This document shows positions 19,581-30,291 of a stretch of DNA of 64,000 nucleotides, piece by piece (the stretch's first letter is position 1; every line of letters starts with the position of its first letter). The notes under the pieces were generated by a model, which did no database searches, was not told the origin of the DNA, and saw only the letters and a list, made by a program, of their open reading frames with translations. Source of the DNA: Planctomycetota bacterium (lineage in GTDB: Bacteria > Planctomycetota > UBA11346); assembly GCA_038231435.1 (NCBI GenBank), contig JBBRLJ010000014.1, positions 32,001 through 96,000 on the forward strand, written 5' to 3'. The position numbers and the translations under genes are program-made.

Positions 19581-20267
19581 ATGTCGATCACGACCATCAA
19601 AAGCACCCTCGCACGCTGGTTCCCCCGCCCGTACCGCGCGTTGGCCGCGCTGCGCGCTCGCTTCATCACCAGGCGCAGCCGGTTCTCGCGCATGTATCAC
19701 GAGAATGCTTGGAACGATTCCGAGTCGCGTTCCGGGCGTGGATCCCGCCTCGACGAGACGCGCTCCTTGCGCGCGGCCCTACCCGGACTGCTCGTTGAAC
19801 TGCGGGTGCGATCGATGCTCGACGCGCCATGTGGTGATTTGAACTGGATGAGTCAGGTCGACCTCGGCGGCATCGAGTACATCGGGGCCGACATCGTCCC
19901 TGAACTGATAACCGACAATAGACTCCGCTTCGCGAGCCCGACTCGCGGCTTCCGCGTGCTCGACCTGGTCGCCTCGACCCTGCCACGCGTCGACCTGGTG
20001 TTGTGCCGGGACTGCCTCGTTCATCTGTCACATGCCGAGATCTCGCGAGTGCTGCGCAACATCATAGCGAGCGGGGCGCGATACCTGCTGACCACAACCT
20101 TCATCGAGGTGCGCACGAACGAGGACATCGCCACCGGCGGGTGGCGCCGCATCGATCTCCGGCTGCCCCCCTTCTCGTGGCCCGAGCCCAGACTCCTCAT
20201 CGCGGAAGGCTCGAGCGAACAAGCCGACAAACGTCTCGGACTCTGGGATCTGGATAACCTGCGCTGA
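19581..20267 (+). CDS. Class I SAM-dependent methyltransferase
   Basis: ESRSGRGS, MLDAPCGDLNWM, GADIV, DLVLCRDCLVHL. Confidence 0.85.
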   Translation: MSITTIKSTLARWFPRPYRALAALRARFITRRSRFSRMYHENAWNDSESRSGRGSRLDETRSLRAALPGLLVELRVRSMLDAPCGDLNWMSQVDLGGIEYIGADIVPELITDNRLRFASPTRGFRVLDLVASTLPRVDLVLCRDCLVHLSHAEISRVLRNIIASGARYLLTTTFIEVRTNEDIATGGWRRIDLRLPPFSWPEPRLLIAEGSSEQADKRLGLWDLDNLR

Positions 20268-20374
20268 CACCGCCCCTCTGTACGAGGCGAGACATCCGCA
20301 CGGAACGTCTACCCATGACCCACGCACAGGCTCCTTGCCCATTCCCTACTCGCATCCCCCTCTATCCTGTCGCG

Positions 20375-21337
20375 ATGCATATCGTCACCGGCGGGGCCGG
20401 CTTCATCGGCAGCAACATCGTCAAGGGTCTCAACGCACGCGGAGTCACCGACATCCTGGTGGTCGATGATCTCACGCAGGGTGACAAGCACCGCAATCTC
20501 GATGGCCTGTCGTTCTCGGACGTCCTGGATTTCCGTGATTTCCGCACCCGCTTGCCCGCTTTCGGCGGGGTCGAGGCGATCCTGCACCAGGGCGCCTGCT
20601 CCGATACCATGCAAGGCGATGGGCGCTACATGCTCGACGTCAATTACGAGTACAGCAAGGAACTGCTCGCCTACGCCCTCGCCAAGCGCGTGCCGTTCCT
20701 CTACGCATCCTCGGCCAGCGTCTATGGCGACGGTACCGCCGGCTTCCGCGAGGATCCGGCCTGCGAGCGCCCGCTGAACGTCTACGCCTTCTCCAAGCTG
20801 CTCTTCGACCGCTGGGTGCGCAAGCACGCCTCGCGACCGTCCTCGCCGGTGATCGGGCTGCGCTACTTCAACGTCTTCGGACCGCGCGAATGGCACAAGG
20901 GGCGCATGGCCTCGGTGGTGTTCCATTTCCACAACCAGGTGGCGGCCGGTGGCGCGCTGAAATTGTTCGCGGGCAGCGAGGGCTTCCGCCGCGACTTCAT
21001 CTTCGTCGACGACGTGGTCGACGTGAACCTGCACTTCCTGGCGACTCCGCCCTTGCCGACGAAGAACGGCCGCGCGGACATCCTCAATTGCGGGACCGGC
21101 GCGGCGCGCTCCTTCCAGGATCTCGCCGCCATCGTCGCGCGCGAACGCGCCGGCGCGCGCATCGAGTCGGTGCCGTTCCCGGCCGCCCTGCACGGCAAGT
21201 ACCAGGCGTTCACCCAGGCGGATCTGGCGCGCCTGCGTGACGCCGGCTACACCAAGCCCTTCACCTCGCTTGAGGACGGCGTGAGCTCGTATCTGCGCGC
21301 GCTCGCCTTCGGCGGCCTGGGAGTCGCCGCGCCGTGA
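20375..21337 (+). CDS. hldD: ADP-L-glycero-D-manno-heptose 6-epimerase
   Basis: IVTGGAGFIGSN, HQGACSDT, YASSASVYG, NVYAFSK, RYFNVFGPREWHKGRMAS, YQAFTQAD. Confidence 0.93.
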   Translation: MHIVTGGAGFIGSNIVKGLNARGVTDILVVDDLTQGDKHRNLDGLSFSDVLDFRDFRTRLPAFGGVEAILHQGACSDTMQGDGRYMLDVNYEYSKELLAYALAKRVPFLYASSASVYGDGTAGFREDPACERPLNVYAFSKLLFDRWVRKHASRPSSPVIGLRYFNVFGPREWHKGRMASVVFHFHNQVAAGGALKLFAGSEGFRRDFIFVDDVVDVNLHFLATPPLPTKNGRADILNCGTGAARSFQDLAAIVARERAGARIESVPFPAALHGKYQAFTQADLARLRDAGYTKPFTSLEDGVSSYLRALAFGGLGVAAP

Positions 21338-21392
21338 GCCGCCGCATCAGCAGCCTTCTCCACGACCGGCGTGGGCCCGGATCGGCGCCCGC

Positions 21393-21935
21393 ATGACCCA
21401 GGTCATCATCCTCGATCGCGACGGCACCATCAACGTCGATCGCCCCGACTATGTGAAGGAGCTCTCCGAGCTGGTGATCATCCCGGGCGCCGGCGAAGCC
21501 ATCGCGCGCCTCTGCCGCGTTGGCTACAGCGTGCTGGTGTGCACCAACCAGTCCTGCGTCGGCAAGGGCCTGATCACCAGCGAACGCCTCGCCGAGATCA
21601 ACAACGAGCTCGAGCGCCGGCTCGCCGCGGTCGGCGCGCGCATCGCGCGCTTCTACGTCTGCCCCCATGTCGACTCTGACCTGTGCACCTGCCGCAAACC
21701 GCTCCCCGGGCTCGCCGAAACCGCGCGCCGCGATTGGGGTTTCGATCCTGCCATCACCTGGGCGATCGGCGATGCCACGCGCGACGCGCGGATGGCGCGC
21801 GGCGCCGGCTGCAAACCGGCCTTGGTGTTGACCGGGAAGGGCGAGACATCCCGCCTCGAGATCCCGGAGGTCCCGGCCTTCAAGGATCTGGGAGCGTTCG
21901 TGGACATGGTGGTGGCTCAACCCGGGATCGGCTGA
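21393..21935 (+). CDS. gmhB: D-glycero-D-manno-heptose 1,7-bisphosphate phosphatase
   Basis: LDRDGTIN, TNQS, CPH...CTCRKP; located between hldD and hldE. Confidence 0.9.
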   Translation: MTQVIILDRDGTINVDRPDYVKELSELVIIPGAGEAIARLCRVGYSVLVCTNQSCVGKGLITSERLAEINNELERRLAAVGARIARFYVCPHVDSDLCTCRKPLPGLAETARRDWGFDPAITWAIGDATRDARMARGAGCKPALVLTGKGETSRLEIPEVPAFKDLGAFVDMVVAQPGIG

Positions 21936-22089
21936 GTGTTAACGGGCGTGCGGCGTACGACGTGCGGTGTGCGGCGATGGATACCCGGGTGAATGTGCGT
22001 CTTTTCTCGAGTACATCCCTCACCGTCCCGCCTCGCGCCACCCGCACGTCTCATCTTTCCCTACCCGCTCAGAGAGGCATACTGTCGCC

Positions 22090-23559
22090 ATGTTCGCCGC
22101 ACCCGATCTGATCCTGCGGCTGCTCGACTCGCGCTTCGAGCGGCGGACCTGCCTGGTGATCGGCGACGTGATGCTCGACCGCTACCTGTGGGGCGAGGTC
22201 AGCCGCATCTCACCCGAGGCCCCGGTGCCGGTGCTGCGGGTGAAACGGCATAGCGTGAACCTGGGCGGCGCGGGCAACGTCGCGCGCAACCTCGCCGAGC
22301 TTGGGCTGTTCGCCACCCTCATCGGCGTGGTCGGCGACGATGTCGAGGCATCGCTGCTGCGCCAGACCTGCGCTGGCGGCGGCATGGATCTGTCATCGCT
22401 GCATGTCATATCCGGTCGCCCGACCATCACCAAGACGCGCATCGTCGGCGCGCACCAGCAGATGCTGCGCCTGGATGTCGAGGATACCTCGCCCCTGCCC
22501 GGCTCGGCCGAGGAGGCGATCATCGTGGCGGCCGAGGCGCGCATCGCCGGCGGCGCGGCAGCGGTGTTCCTCTCGGATTACGGCAAGGGCGTGGTCAGCG
22601 AGCGCGTCGCGCGCGCGGTGATCATGGCCGCCCAGGCGCGCCACGTGCCGGTGCTGGTGGACCCCAAGGGGGTCGACTACGCGAAGTACGCCGGCGCCAC
22701 CACCGTGACCCCCAACCTGAGCGAGCTCGCCGCCGCCACCGCGGTCGATCGCGAGGATCTCGACAAGCTGATCGCCGCCGGCGGGGAGATGCGCAAGCGG
22801 CTCGGGCTCGATTTCCTCACCTTCACCCGCGGCGAGCACGGCATCACCGTGATCGAGGCTGACCACGTCACCCACATCCCGGCGCAGGCGCAGGACGTGT
22901 TCGACGTCTCAGGCGCCGGCGACAGTTGCATCGCGGTCCTAGGTGCCTGCCTGGCGTGCGGCGTGCATCCGGTCGACGCCACGCGCCTGGCGAATCTCGC
23001 CGGCGGCATCGTCGTCGGCAAGGTCGGCACCGTGCCGGTCACCCTGGCCGAGCTGCGCGACCGCACCATGGCCGCGCCCGAGATCGGCTATGCCGGCAAG
23101 GTGCGGACGCGCGAGCAGGCCGCGATCGCCTGCGAGGCCTGGCGCCGACGCGGCCAGAAGGTCGTGTTCACCAATGGCTGCTTCGACATCCTGCACGCCG
23201 GCCACGTGCACATGCTCGAGGAGGCCCGCCGTGCCGGCGATCGCCTGGTGGTGGGCCTGAACGCCGACGATTCGGTGCGCCGGCTCAAAGGCGAGAATCG
23301 TCCGGTGAACAATCAGGCAGACCGCGCGAGTCTGCTCGCCGCGCTGGCCTCGGTGGATGCGGTGGTGGTGTTCGGCGAGGATACGCCGCTCGAGTTGATC
23401 AAGACGCTCAAGCCCGATGCCCTGGTGAAGGGCGCTGACTACAGCGAAGACCAGATCGTCGGGGCCGCCGAGGTCCGGTCGTGGGGCGGCACGATCGTGC
23501 GGGCGCAGCTGCTCGAGGGACGGTCGACGACGGGGACGATCGGGAAGATGAAGGGATAG
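22090..23559 (+). CDS. hldE: Bifunctional heptose-7-phosphate kinase / heptose-1-phosphate adenylyltransferase
   Basis: GDVMLDRY...RISPEAPVP and DVSGAGD (kinase); FTNGCFDILHAGH and VKGADY (nucleotidyltransferase). Confidence 0.95.
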   Translation: MFAAPDLILRLLDSRFERRTCLVIGDVMLDRYLWGEVSRISPEAPVPVLRVKRHSVNLGGAGNVARNLAELGLFATLIGVVGDDVEASLLRQTCAGGGMDLSSLHVISGRPTITKTRIVGAHQQMLRLDVEDTSPLPGSAEEAIIVAAEARIAGGAAAVFLSDYGKGVVSERVARAVIMAAQARHVPVLVDPKGVDYAKYAGATTVTPNLSELAAATAVDREDLDKLIAAGGEMRKRLGLDFLTFTRGEHGITVIEADHVTHIPAQAQDVFDVSGAGDSCIAVLGACLACGVHPVDATRLANLAGGIVVGKVGTVPVTLAELRDRTMAAPEIGYAGKVRTREQAAIACEAWRRRGQKVVFTNGCFDILHAGHVHMLEEARRAGDRLVVGLNADDSVRRLKGENRPVNNQADRASLLAALASVDAVVVFGEDTPLELIKTLKPDALVKGADYSEDQIVGAAEVRSWGGTIVRAQLLEGRSTTGTIGKMKG

Positions 23560-23724
23560 GATGAAGGGATAGGGCGCGACGTGGCCTTCCCGTCGTGAGG
23601 CTGGCGCGCGCGTCACGGACATCCGGCGGATGCGGCGCAAGAGCCGAGACGCGCGCACTGGCGAAAGCCTTAGAAGCACCCCGGGCCTGGACGCCATCCA
23701 TCCACCGCGACAATCCGCCTCATT

Positions 23725-26373
23725 ATGACCACCCTCTCGCTCGACGGCCTCTGGCACTTCCGCATCCATGGCGCTCCGCGCGGCGCCGAGGCTAAGACCG
23801 CGGGTCTCACCCGCTGGATGCCAGCATCGATGCCGGGCACCGTGCACTACGCCTTGCAGAAGCTCGGCAAGATCGAGGACCCGTTCGACGACCGCAACGA
23901 GTTGGCCGTCCAGTGGCTCGACGAGCAGGACTGGGAGCTGCGTCGCATCGTCACGGCGAGCGCCGCCGATTGCGCGCGCTCGCGCCAGGAGCTGGTGTTC
24001 GAGGGCATCGACACGGCCGCGACCATCACCCTCAACGGCAAGCGCGTGGGGGCCTCGGCCAACATGTTCAGGCGCGTGGTCTGCGACGTGCGCGGAGCGC
24101 TCAAGCCCGGCCGCAATGAACTGATGGTGGTGATCGAAAGCCCCACCGCGTACGCGAAGGCGCAGTGGCAGGCCGGCAAGGATCGCGTCGCCGCCGGCGA
24201 CTTCCGCTGGCAGACCGGCGAGGTGCGCTCCACCTGGCGCGGCTGGATCCGCAAGGTGCAGTGCCACTTCGGCTGGGACTGGGGCACCTACCTAGCCACC
24301 AGCGGCGTCTGGCAGCCGGCACGCCTCGAATGCGCCGACACCCCGCGCATCGCCTACGTGCAGGCCGCGCAGACCCACATCGGTCCCGCCGGTGCGCCCC
24401 GCGCGGTGGAAGTACGCGTGGATGTGCACCTGGAGTCTGCCGCCGCGTCGAGCGGCAGCGTGGTGGCCATCCTGATGGGCGGCGAGATGCCGAGGGACGA
24501 CCGCCGCGAACGCGCGGTGATCTCGTCGGCGACCGAGGTCAAGGTGCGCGCGGGCGAGAGCGTCGCGACCATCACCTTGATGGTCGACAAGCCGATCCTG
24601 TGGTGGCCAGCGGGCGAGGGTCCGCAGTACCTCTATTACCTGTCGGTCCATTTCATGGACGATCGCGGCAACCGCAGCCCCGATGTGCTGAAGAAGATCG
24701 GCCTGCGCACCTGCGAAGTGGTGACCGAGAAGGACCAAGCCCCCGACGGTAAACCCGCCGAAAGCTTCCTCTTCCGCGTCAATGGGCGCCCGGTGTACGC
24801 CAAGGGCGCGAACTGGATCCCCGCCGACCAGTTCGTCGACCGTTGTTCAATCGAGGTCTACCGTCACCTGCTGGGTTCGATGGTCGAGGCCAACATGAAC
24901 ATGGTGCGGGTATGGGGCGGCGGGTGGTACGAGCAGGAGTCGTTCTACGACATCTGCGACGAACTCGGCCTATTGGTGTGGCAGGATTTCATGATGGCCT
25001 GCGCGCTCTACCCCGACACCAAGGACTTCATCCGCGAACTCACAGCCGAGGCGCGCCATCAGGTTCGGCGGCTGTCCTCGCGTCCGTCCATCGCTCTGTG
25101 GTGCGGCGACAATGAGAACCAGACCGGCGTCGCGCACTGGTGGAAGAAGCAGCCAGAAAACCAGGGCAAGGACATCGAGGGCATCTACCGCAAGGTGATG
25201 GAAGCGCTGTGGAAGACCTGCGAGTTCGAGGATCCGACGCGCCGCTTCTGGCCGTCGAGCCCGTGCAACGGCGTCATCGACGCGGATCCAGATTCGCCGA
25301 ATCGCGGCGACGTCCACTACTGGGCGGTGTGGCACGGCAAACAGCCGTTCAGCAACTACCACACGGTGAAGCCGCGCTTCGCCTCGGAATTCGGTTTCCA
25401 ATCATTTCCCGAGCCTCGCACGCTCACCGCGGTGGTGCCGCGCGTCGAGCTGAATCCGTCGAGTCGCGTCATGGAACACCACCAGCGTTCGCCCGATGGC
25501 AACCTGATGATCACCAACACCATGGCGCGCGAGATGCGCATCCCGAATGATTTCGACGCCTTTTGCTGGGTGTCGCAGATCAACCAGGCGATGGCGATCC
25601 GCACCGCCGTCGAGCATTGGCGACGCTTGAAGCCGTGGTGCATGGGCACCATCTATTGGCAGGTGAACGACCTGTGGCCGGTTGCCTCGTGGTCGTCGAT
25701 CGATTATCACGGTCGCTGGAAGGTGCTGCACCACGAGGCCAAGCGCTTCTATGCGCCGCTATTGGCGAGCATCGTCCACGAAAAAACCCATGGCAAGGAG
25801 CGCCTGGCGGTGTGGGCAACTTCCGACCTGCCGCGCGCGCTCGCGCTCGAGGGCTGGCTGGAGGTCTTCACCTGGTCGGGCAAGCGCATCGCCAGAGTGA
25901 GCGTGCGCGGTGCGCTCGCGGCTGGCGCCAGCAAGAGCCTCGCCTCGTTCGACGTGGCCAAGCTGCTCGCCGGCAAGGCCGAGCCACACCAGGTCTGCTG
26001 CTTCGTCACCCTCGACGAACGCGCCTCCAAGCGCGGGGTCGCGACCGAGGATCGCGCCCATGCCGAGAACCACGCCACCCTGGTGCCATGGAAGTGGGCC
26101 TCGATCGAAGCCCCGCGCCTGTCACAGCGGCTCTCGGCGCGCGCCGATGGCATCGAGCTGACGGTCCGCGCCAAGAACGTGGTTCCGTTCTTCCACGCCG
26201 AATTCTCAGGCCTCGAAGGGCATTTCGACGCGGATTGGCAGGTGCTCCGTCCGGGTACCAGCCACGCCATGACCTACGTTCCCCACTACGACCGTGGCGC
26301 CACCATGCCCAGACCGCTCGAGGCGAAGGCGAAGCTCACGACCATGTCGCTGTGGGATACGTTCGCCCATTAG
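23725..26373 (+). CDS. GH2 beta-mannosidase
   Basis: FGWDWG, KGANWIP, MVRVWGGGWYE, WCGDNE (acid/base), GDVHYW, ASEFGFQS (nucleophile). No obvious signal peptide. Confidence 0.92.
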   Translation: MTTLSLDGLWHFRIHGAPRGAEAKTAGLTRWMPASMPGTVHYALQKLGKIEDPFDDRNELAVQWLDEQDWELRRIVTASAADCARSRQELVFEGIDTAATITLNGKRVGASANMFRRVVCDVRGALKPGRNELMVVIESPTAYAKAQWQAGKDRVAAGDFRWQTGEVRSTWRGWIRKVQCHFGWDWGTYLATSGVWQPARLECADTPRIAYVQAAQTHIGPAGAPRAVEVRVDVHLESAAASSGSVVAILMGGEMPRDDRRERAVISSATEVKVRAGESVATITLMVDKPILWWPAGEGPQYLYYLSVHFMDDRGNRSPDVLKKIGLRTCEVVTEKDQAPDGKPAESFLFRVNGRPVYAKGANWIPADQFVDRCSIEVYRHLLGSMVEANMNMVRVWGGGWYEQESFYDICDELGLLVWQDFMMACALYPDTKDFIRELTAEARHQVRRLSSRPSIALWCGDNENQTGVAHWWKKQPENQGKDIEGIYRKVMEALWKTCEFEDPTRRFWPSSPCNGVIDADPDSPNRGDVHYWAVWHGKQPFSNYHTVKPRFASEFGFQSFPEPRTLTAVVPRVELNPSSRVMEHHQRSPDGNLMITNTMAREMRIPNDFDAFCWVSQINQAMAIRTAVEHWRRLKPWCMGTIYWQVNDLWPVASWSSIDYHGRWKVLHHEAKRFYAPLLASIVHEKTHGKERLAVWATSDLPRALALEGWLEVFTWSGKRIARVSVRGALAAGASKSLASFDVAKLLAGKAEPHQVCCFVTLDERASKRGVATEDRAHAENHATLVPWKWASIEAPRLSQRLSARADGIELTVRAKNVVPFFHAEFSGLEGHFDADWQVLRPGTSHAMTYVPHYDRGATMPRPLEAKAKLTTMSLWDTFAH

Positions 26374-26391
26374 GAAGCGCACACGGTTCTC

Positions 26392-26419
26392 GGCCCGCGG
26401 ATGAGCCGATCCGCGGGCC
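26392..26419. terminator. GC-rich hairpin between convergent genes, possible bidirectional terminator
   Basis: Perfect 11-bp stem GGCCCGCGGAT-gagccg-ATCCGCGGGCC; no U-tract. Confidence 0.5.
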
Positions 26420-26465
26420 ATGGAGATAGCGGAATGGCAGGCCCTTGCGGGCTAGTCCACTCCCG

Positions 26466-28706
26466 TCAGACCGCCGCTTCCTTCGCCAGCATCTCCGCGA
26501 CGCGATCGGCGAAGACATCGATGGCGAAGGGCTTCTGCATATAGCTGGTGTCGGGTTCGCCGAGGATTTGGGCCAAACCGGTGTCGCCGCCATAGCCCGA
26601 GATGAACAAGGTGCGCAGGCCCGGCTGGGCTCCGACCAGGCGGTCGCGCAGCTCTCGGCCGGTCATGCCTGGCATCAACATGTCGGTGATCAGCAGCGAT
26701 AGCCCTCCGTCGATCGAGGCCGCGACGACGAGTGCCTCGTTGCCGCTGGCCGCGCCCACCACCCGATACCCGCGACCGCGCAGCACCTGGACGCCGAGTT
26801 CGCGCAGATCACGCTCGTCGTCGACCAACAGGATCATCCGGTCATCCGGGCGCGCGGGCGCGATGGTCGGCGAGCCCACGCGGGTCGTCTCCGGCGCTTG
26901 GACCGGCAGGCGCCGCAGATGGATGGTGAAACGGCTGCCCTGGCCAGGCGTACTCGCGACGGCGACGAATCCCCCGCTCTGGGTAACGATGCCGTAGACC
27001 GTCGACAGCCCCATGCCGGTGCCCTTGCCTTGGGGCTTGGTGGTGAAGAACGGCTCGAACAGCCGTGACATCACCTCGGGCGTCATGCCACAGCCGGTGT
27101 CGGCGACCTCGAGCACGCACCATTCACCCGCCGGGATGATGCCTTCGGGTGAAGCCTCGGGGCGAGCCAGCGAGCGCTGGCGGGTACTGATCGTCACCGT
27201 CCCGCCGTCGGGCATCGCATCGCGGCTGTTGAGACAGAGGTTCATGATCACCTGCTGGATCTGCCTGCTGTCCGCGCGCAGGGTGCCGAGTTCTGGCGAG
27301 AGCGAGAGCTCGATGAGCACGTGTGAGCCGAGCACATGGTTCAGCATCTCGGCCGTGTCCTCGACGACCCGATTCAGGTGGACCACCTCGGGCGCGAGCA
27401 CCTGCCGCCGGCCGAACGCCAGCAACTGCGCGGTGAGCTTGGCGGAGCTCTCGGCCGCGCGCAGCGCGAGATCGACGTGGCGATGGCTGGGGTGCCCCGG
27501 CGGCAGTTCGCGCTTGAGCAGCTGGGCATGGCCCATGATCACCGACAGCATGTTGTTGAAATCGTGCGCGATACCGCCGGCGAGCTGGCCGATGGCTTCC
27601 ATCTTCTGCGCTTGGCGGAGCTGGTCCTCGAGCCGCTTGCGCTCGGTGACGTCCATCGCAACGCCGGTCGCGCGCAGCGGCCGGCCGTCGCTCGCTCGCA
27701 TGAGATCGCCGCTGGCCGCGATCCATCGGACATCTCCGGACGGCTGGACTACCCGGTACTCGATGGTGTACGGCTCCCCCTTCTGCATCGCCTCGGCGAC
27801 GGCCAGTACCAGCGACTCGCGATCGTCGGGATGGACGCAGCGCAGGTAGGCCTGGAAGTTGCCCTCGAATGAACCGGGGGCCTGGCCTAGGAGGCGTTCC
27901 ATGTTCTCCGACCAGGTGACGGCGTCGGTCGTGAGATCGCGCTCCCACGTGCCCATCCGTGCCGCAGTCATCGCCTGGCGCAGATGCAGCTCGCTCGAGC
28001 GCAGCGCCTCCTCGCCGCGCTTGCGGTCGGTGACATCGTGGATGATCGAGTACAGGTGCTCGCGCCCGTCGATGTCCATCGGGCTCGAATGGATCTCGAC
28101 GTCGCGGGTCTCTCCGCTGGCGAGGCGGTGACGGAATTGCAGCACGTACTTCAGCCGCTTGCGCACCAGCTCCATCTCGGCGCTGATCTCCTCGGGGGTC
28201 AGCGTGTTGATCTGCTCGAGGCGCATGCCGCGGAGCTTCTCGATCGGATAGCCATAGAACGTGCTGGCTGCGGGATTGGCGTCGACGATGACGCGGGTAG
28301 TCGGGTCTAGCACCCACTGCACGGCGTGATTGCGCTCGAACATCTGCCGGTATCTGCTCTCGCTCGCGCGCAGCGCATCGATGCCGTGTAGGCGCGCCAC
28401 CACCAAGTTGGTCACCAGCATGCCCACGCCGAGGAATACGCTCAGACGCAGGACGCGCGCCACCATGGGGAGATCACTCGACGGCGAGACTGACAGCTGG
28501 TCGCCAGCTAACGCGGCCAACACCGTCACCAACAGGCCCGGGCCCATGCCGCAGAAACGCGCGCTGATGATCACCGGCAGGAAGTAGAGCACCACGAATG
28601 GCGTGCGGTCGCCGATCAGAGGATCGAGGGCCTCGCGCACGGCCAGGGTCGCCGCGACCGAGCCCAGGGCGAGCGCGTAGCGGTAGCGGACGGCGCGGAA
28701 TGGCAT
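26466..28706 (-). CDS. Hybrid sensor histidine kinase/response regulator (membrane domain, 2 PAS, HisKA, HATPase, REC)
   Basis: N-terminal TM bundle, two PAS/PAC domains, LAGGIAHDFNN, FEPFFTTK...GTGMGL, and a receiver (LLVDDE, LITDMLMP, KPF). Confidence 0.93.
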   Translation of the reverse strand: MPFRAVRYRYALALGSVAATLAVREALDPLIGDRTPFVVLYFLPVIISARFCGMGPGLLVTVLAALAGDQLSVSPSSDLPMVARVLRLSVFLGVGMLVTNLVVARLHGIDALRASESRYRQMFERNHAVQWVLDPTTRVIVDANPAASTFYGYPIEKLRGMRLEQINTLTPEEISAEMELVRKRLKYVLQFRHRLASGETRDVEIHSSPMDIDGREHLYSIIHDVTDRKRGEEALRSSELHLRQAMTAARMGTWERDLTTDAVTWSENMERLLGQAPGSFEGNFQAYLRCVHPDDRESLVLAVAEAMQKGEPYTIEYRVVQPSGDVRWIAASGDLMRASDGRPLRATGVAMDVTERKRLEDQLRQAQKMEAIGQLAGGIAHDFNNMLSVIMGHAQLLKRELPPGHPSHRHVDLALRAAESSAKLTAQLLAFGRRQVLAPEVVHLNRVVEDTAEMLNHVLGSHVLIELSLSPELGTLRADSRQIQQVIMNLCLNSRDAMPDGGTVTISTRQRSLARPEASPEGIIPAGEWCVLEVADTGCGMTPEVMSRLFEPFFTTKPQGKGTGMGLSTVYGIVTQSGGFVAVASTPGQGSRFTIHLRRLPVQAPETTRVGSPTIAPARPDDRMILLVDDERDLRELGVQVLRGRGYRVVGAASGNEALVVAASIDGGLSLLITDMLMPGMTGRELRDRLVGAQPGLRTLFISGYGGDTGLAQILGEPDTSYMQKPFAIDVFADRVAEMLAKEAAV

Positions 28707-28928
28707 GGCCGCAGCGTAGCGCGCACCGTGTCTCCGGATACGGGAAGGAGCGTCATCGGCCACCGCCGCGCCTCCGCCCTTGGCGCGGCTTGTCGCTCCT
28801 TGCTCGCCTTGCCCTTTCGTGCCTTCTGATGCCCTGTCGTCGCTAAGACTCGGAAAAGCCGCAGAAACACGTTGCCGACCTCGACGGAAGCGCTTTCATC
28901 GCGCGCTCACCGCCAACCCGGAGCACCC

Positions 28929-30239
28929 ATGGGCACCCAGCGCCTGCTCGCCATCCTCGCCGCCGTCCTGTTCGCCTCGCTGACCAACGCGGTCGAAGCC
29001 GCGGAAGGCAAGGCCATCACCATCTGGTGGGCGCAATGGTCCCCCGCGGATGGACTGCAGCAGCTCGGAGATGAGTTCACCAAGAAGACCGGTACCAAGG
29101 TGACGGTGCACCAGATCCCGTGGGGATCCTACCAGGACCAGGTGTTCCTGAACTTCGGCAACAAGCAGACGGATTTCGACATCGTCGTGGGCGATAGCCA
29201 GTGGCTCGGGCGCGGCGCGACCGACAAGCTCTATCTCGACCTCAGCGATTGGCTGCCCAAGGCAGTCGATCTCACCACCATCCATCCCGCGGCCTTGAAG
29301 TACCTGTGCGAATATCCTGGCGGCAGCGGACACTATTTCGCCGCACCGTGCGAGACCGACGCCATGGGCTTCGCATACCGCAAGGACTGGTTCGAGGACG
29401 CCACGGAAAAGAGTGTCTTCAAGGCGAAATACGGGCGAGAGCTCGCAGTGCCGCAAAGCTGGGACGAATTCCAGCAGGTCGCCGAGTTCTTCCAGCGTCC
29501 AGAGCGGAAGCGCTTTGGCTGCGCGATCGCGACCGGCCGTGGCTACGACTGCCTGGTGATGGGCTACCAGAACCTGATGTGGGCGTTCGGCGGATCGTGG
29601 GGCGATCCGGCCACCTTCACCGCCAAAGGCCAGGTCGACGGCGCGCCTGCGGTTGCTGCGCTGACATTCTTCAAGCAACTGCTCGCCAGCGGGCCGAAAG
29701 GCGCGCCGAATCTCGACTACGGCGATCTGCTCGAGGCATTCACCAACGGCTCCACGGCCATGGCGATGAACTTCTTCGCCTTCTCGCCGACCATCGCCAA
29801 GCAGATGGGGGACAAAGCCGGGTTCTTCGTGATGCCGGCCAAGGATGGCAAGCGCGTCGTCAGCCTTGGGGGCCAGGGATTCAGCATCTCCACCAAGGTT
29901 GCGCCCGCGCAGCAGGAGCTCGCCAAGGAATTCATCGCCTGGTTCAACACCCGCGCGGTTCAGGAACGCTGGATCACCAAGGATGCGGGCTTCACCGCCA
30001 ACACCGAGATCCTCAAGAGCGACGCCTTCCGCAAAGCGACCCCCTACAACGCGGCGTTCGCCGAATCGCTCGACCATGTCCAGGATTTCTGGAACGTGCC
30101 GGTGTACAACGAACTGCTGGCCAAGGCCGTCCAGCACCTCGCGGACGCGCTCGATGGCAAGGCGGAGCCAAAGGCCGCGCTCGAGGCGCTGGCGGCGGAT
30201 CACGATGAGATCTTCCAGGATGCCGGTCTGAGAAAATGA
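28929..30239 (+). CDS. Carbohydrate ABC transporter substrate-binding protein
   Basis: Signal peptide; DIVVGDSQWLG, YRKDWFED, VPQSWDE, LGGQGFSI. Confidence 0.9.
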   Translation: MGTQRLLAILAAVLFASLTNAVEAAEGKAITIWWAQWSPADGLQQLGDEFTKKTGTKVTVHQIPWGSYQDQVFLNFGNKQTDFDIVVGDSQWLGRGATDKLYLDLSDWLPKAVDLTTIHPAALKYLCEYPGGSGHYFAAPCETDAMGFAYRKDWFEDATEKSVFKAKYGRELAVPQSWDEFQQVAEFFQRPERKRFGCAIATGRGYDCLVMGYQNLMWAFGGSWGDPATFTAKGQVDGAPAVAALTFFKQLLASGPKGAPNLDYGDLLEAFTNGSTAMAMNFFAFSPTIAKQMGDKAGFFVMPAKDGKRVVSLGGQGFSISTKVAPAQQELAKEFIAWFNTRAVQERWITKDAGFTANTEILKSDAFRKATPYNAAFAESLDHVQDFWNVPVYNELLAKAVQHLADALDGKAEPKAALEALAADHDEIFQDAGLRK

Positions 30240-30291
30240 TGGTTCTCCCATCCGCGACCGACGACGGACGCCCCCTCGACGTCCCTCCACC

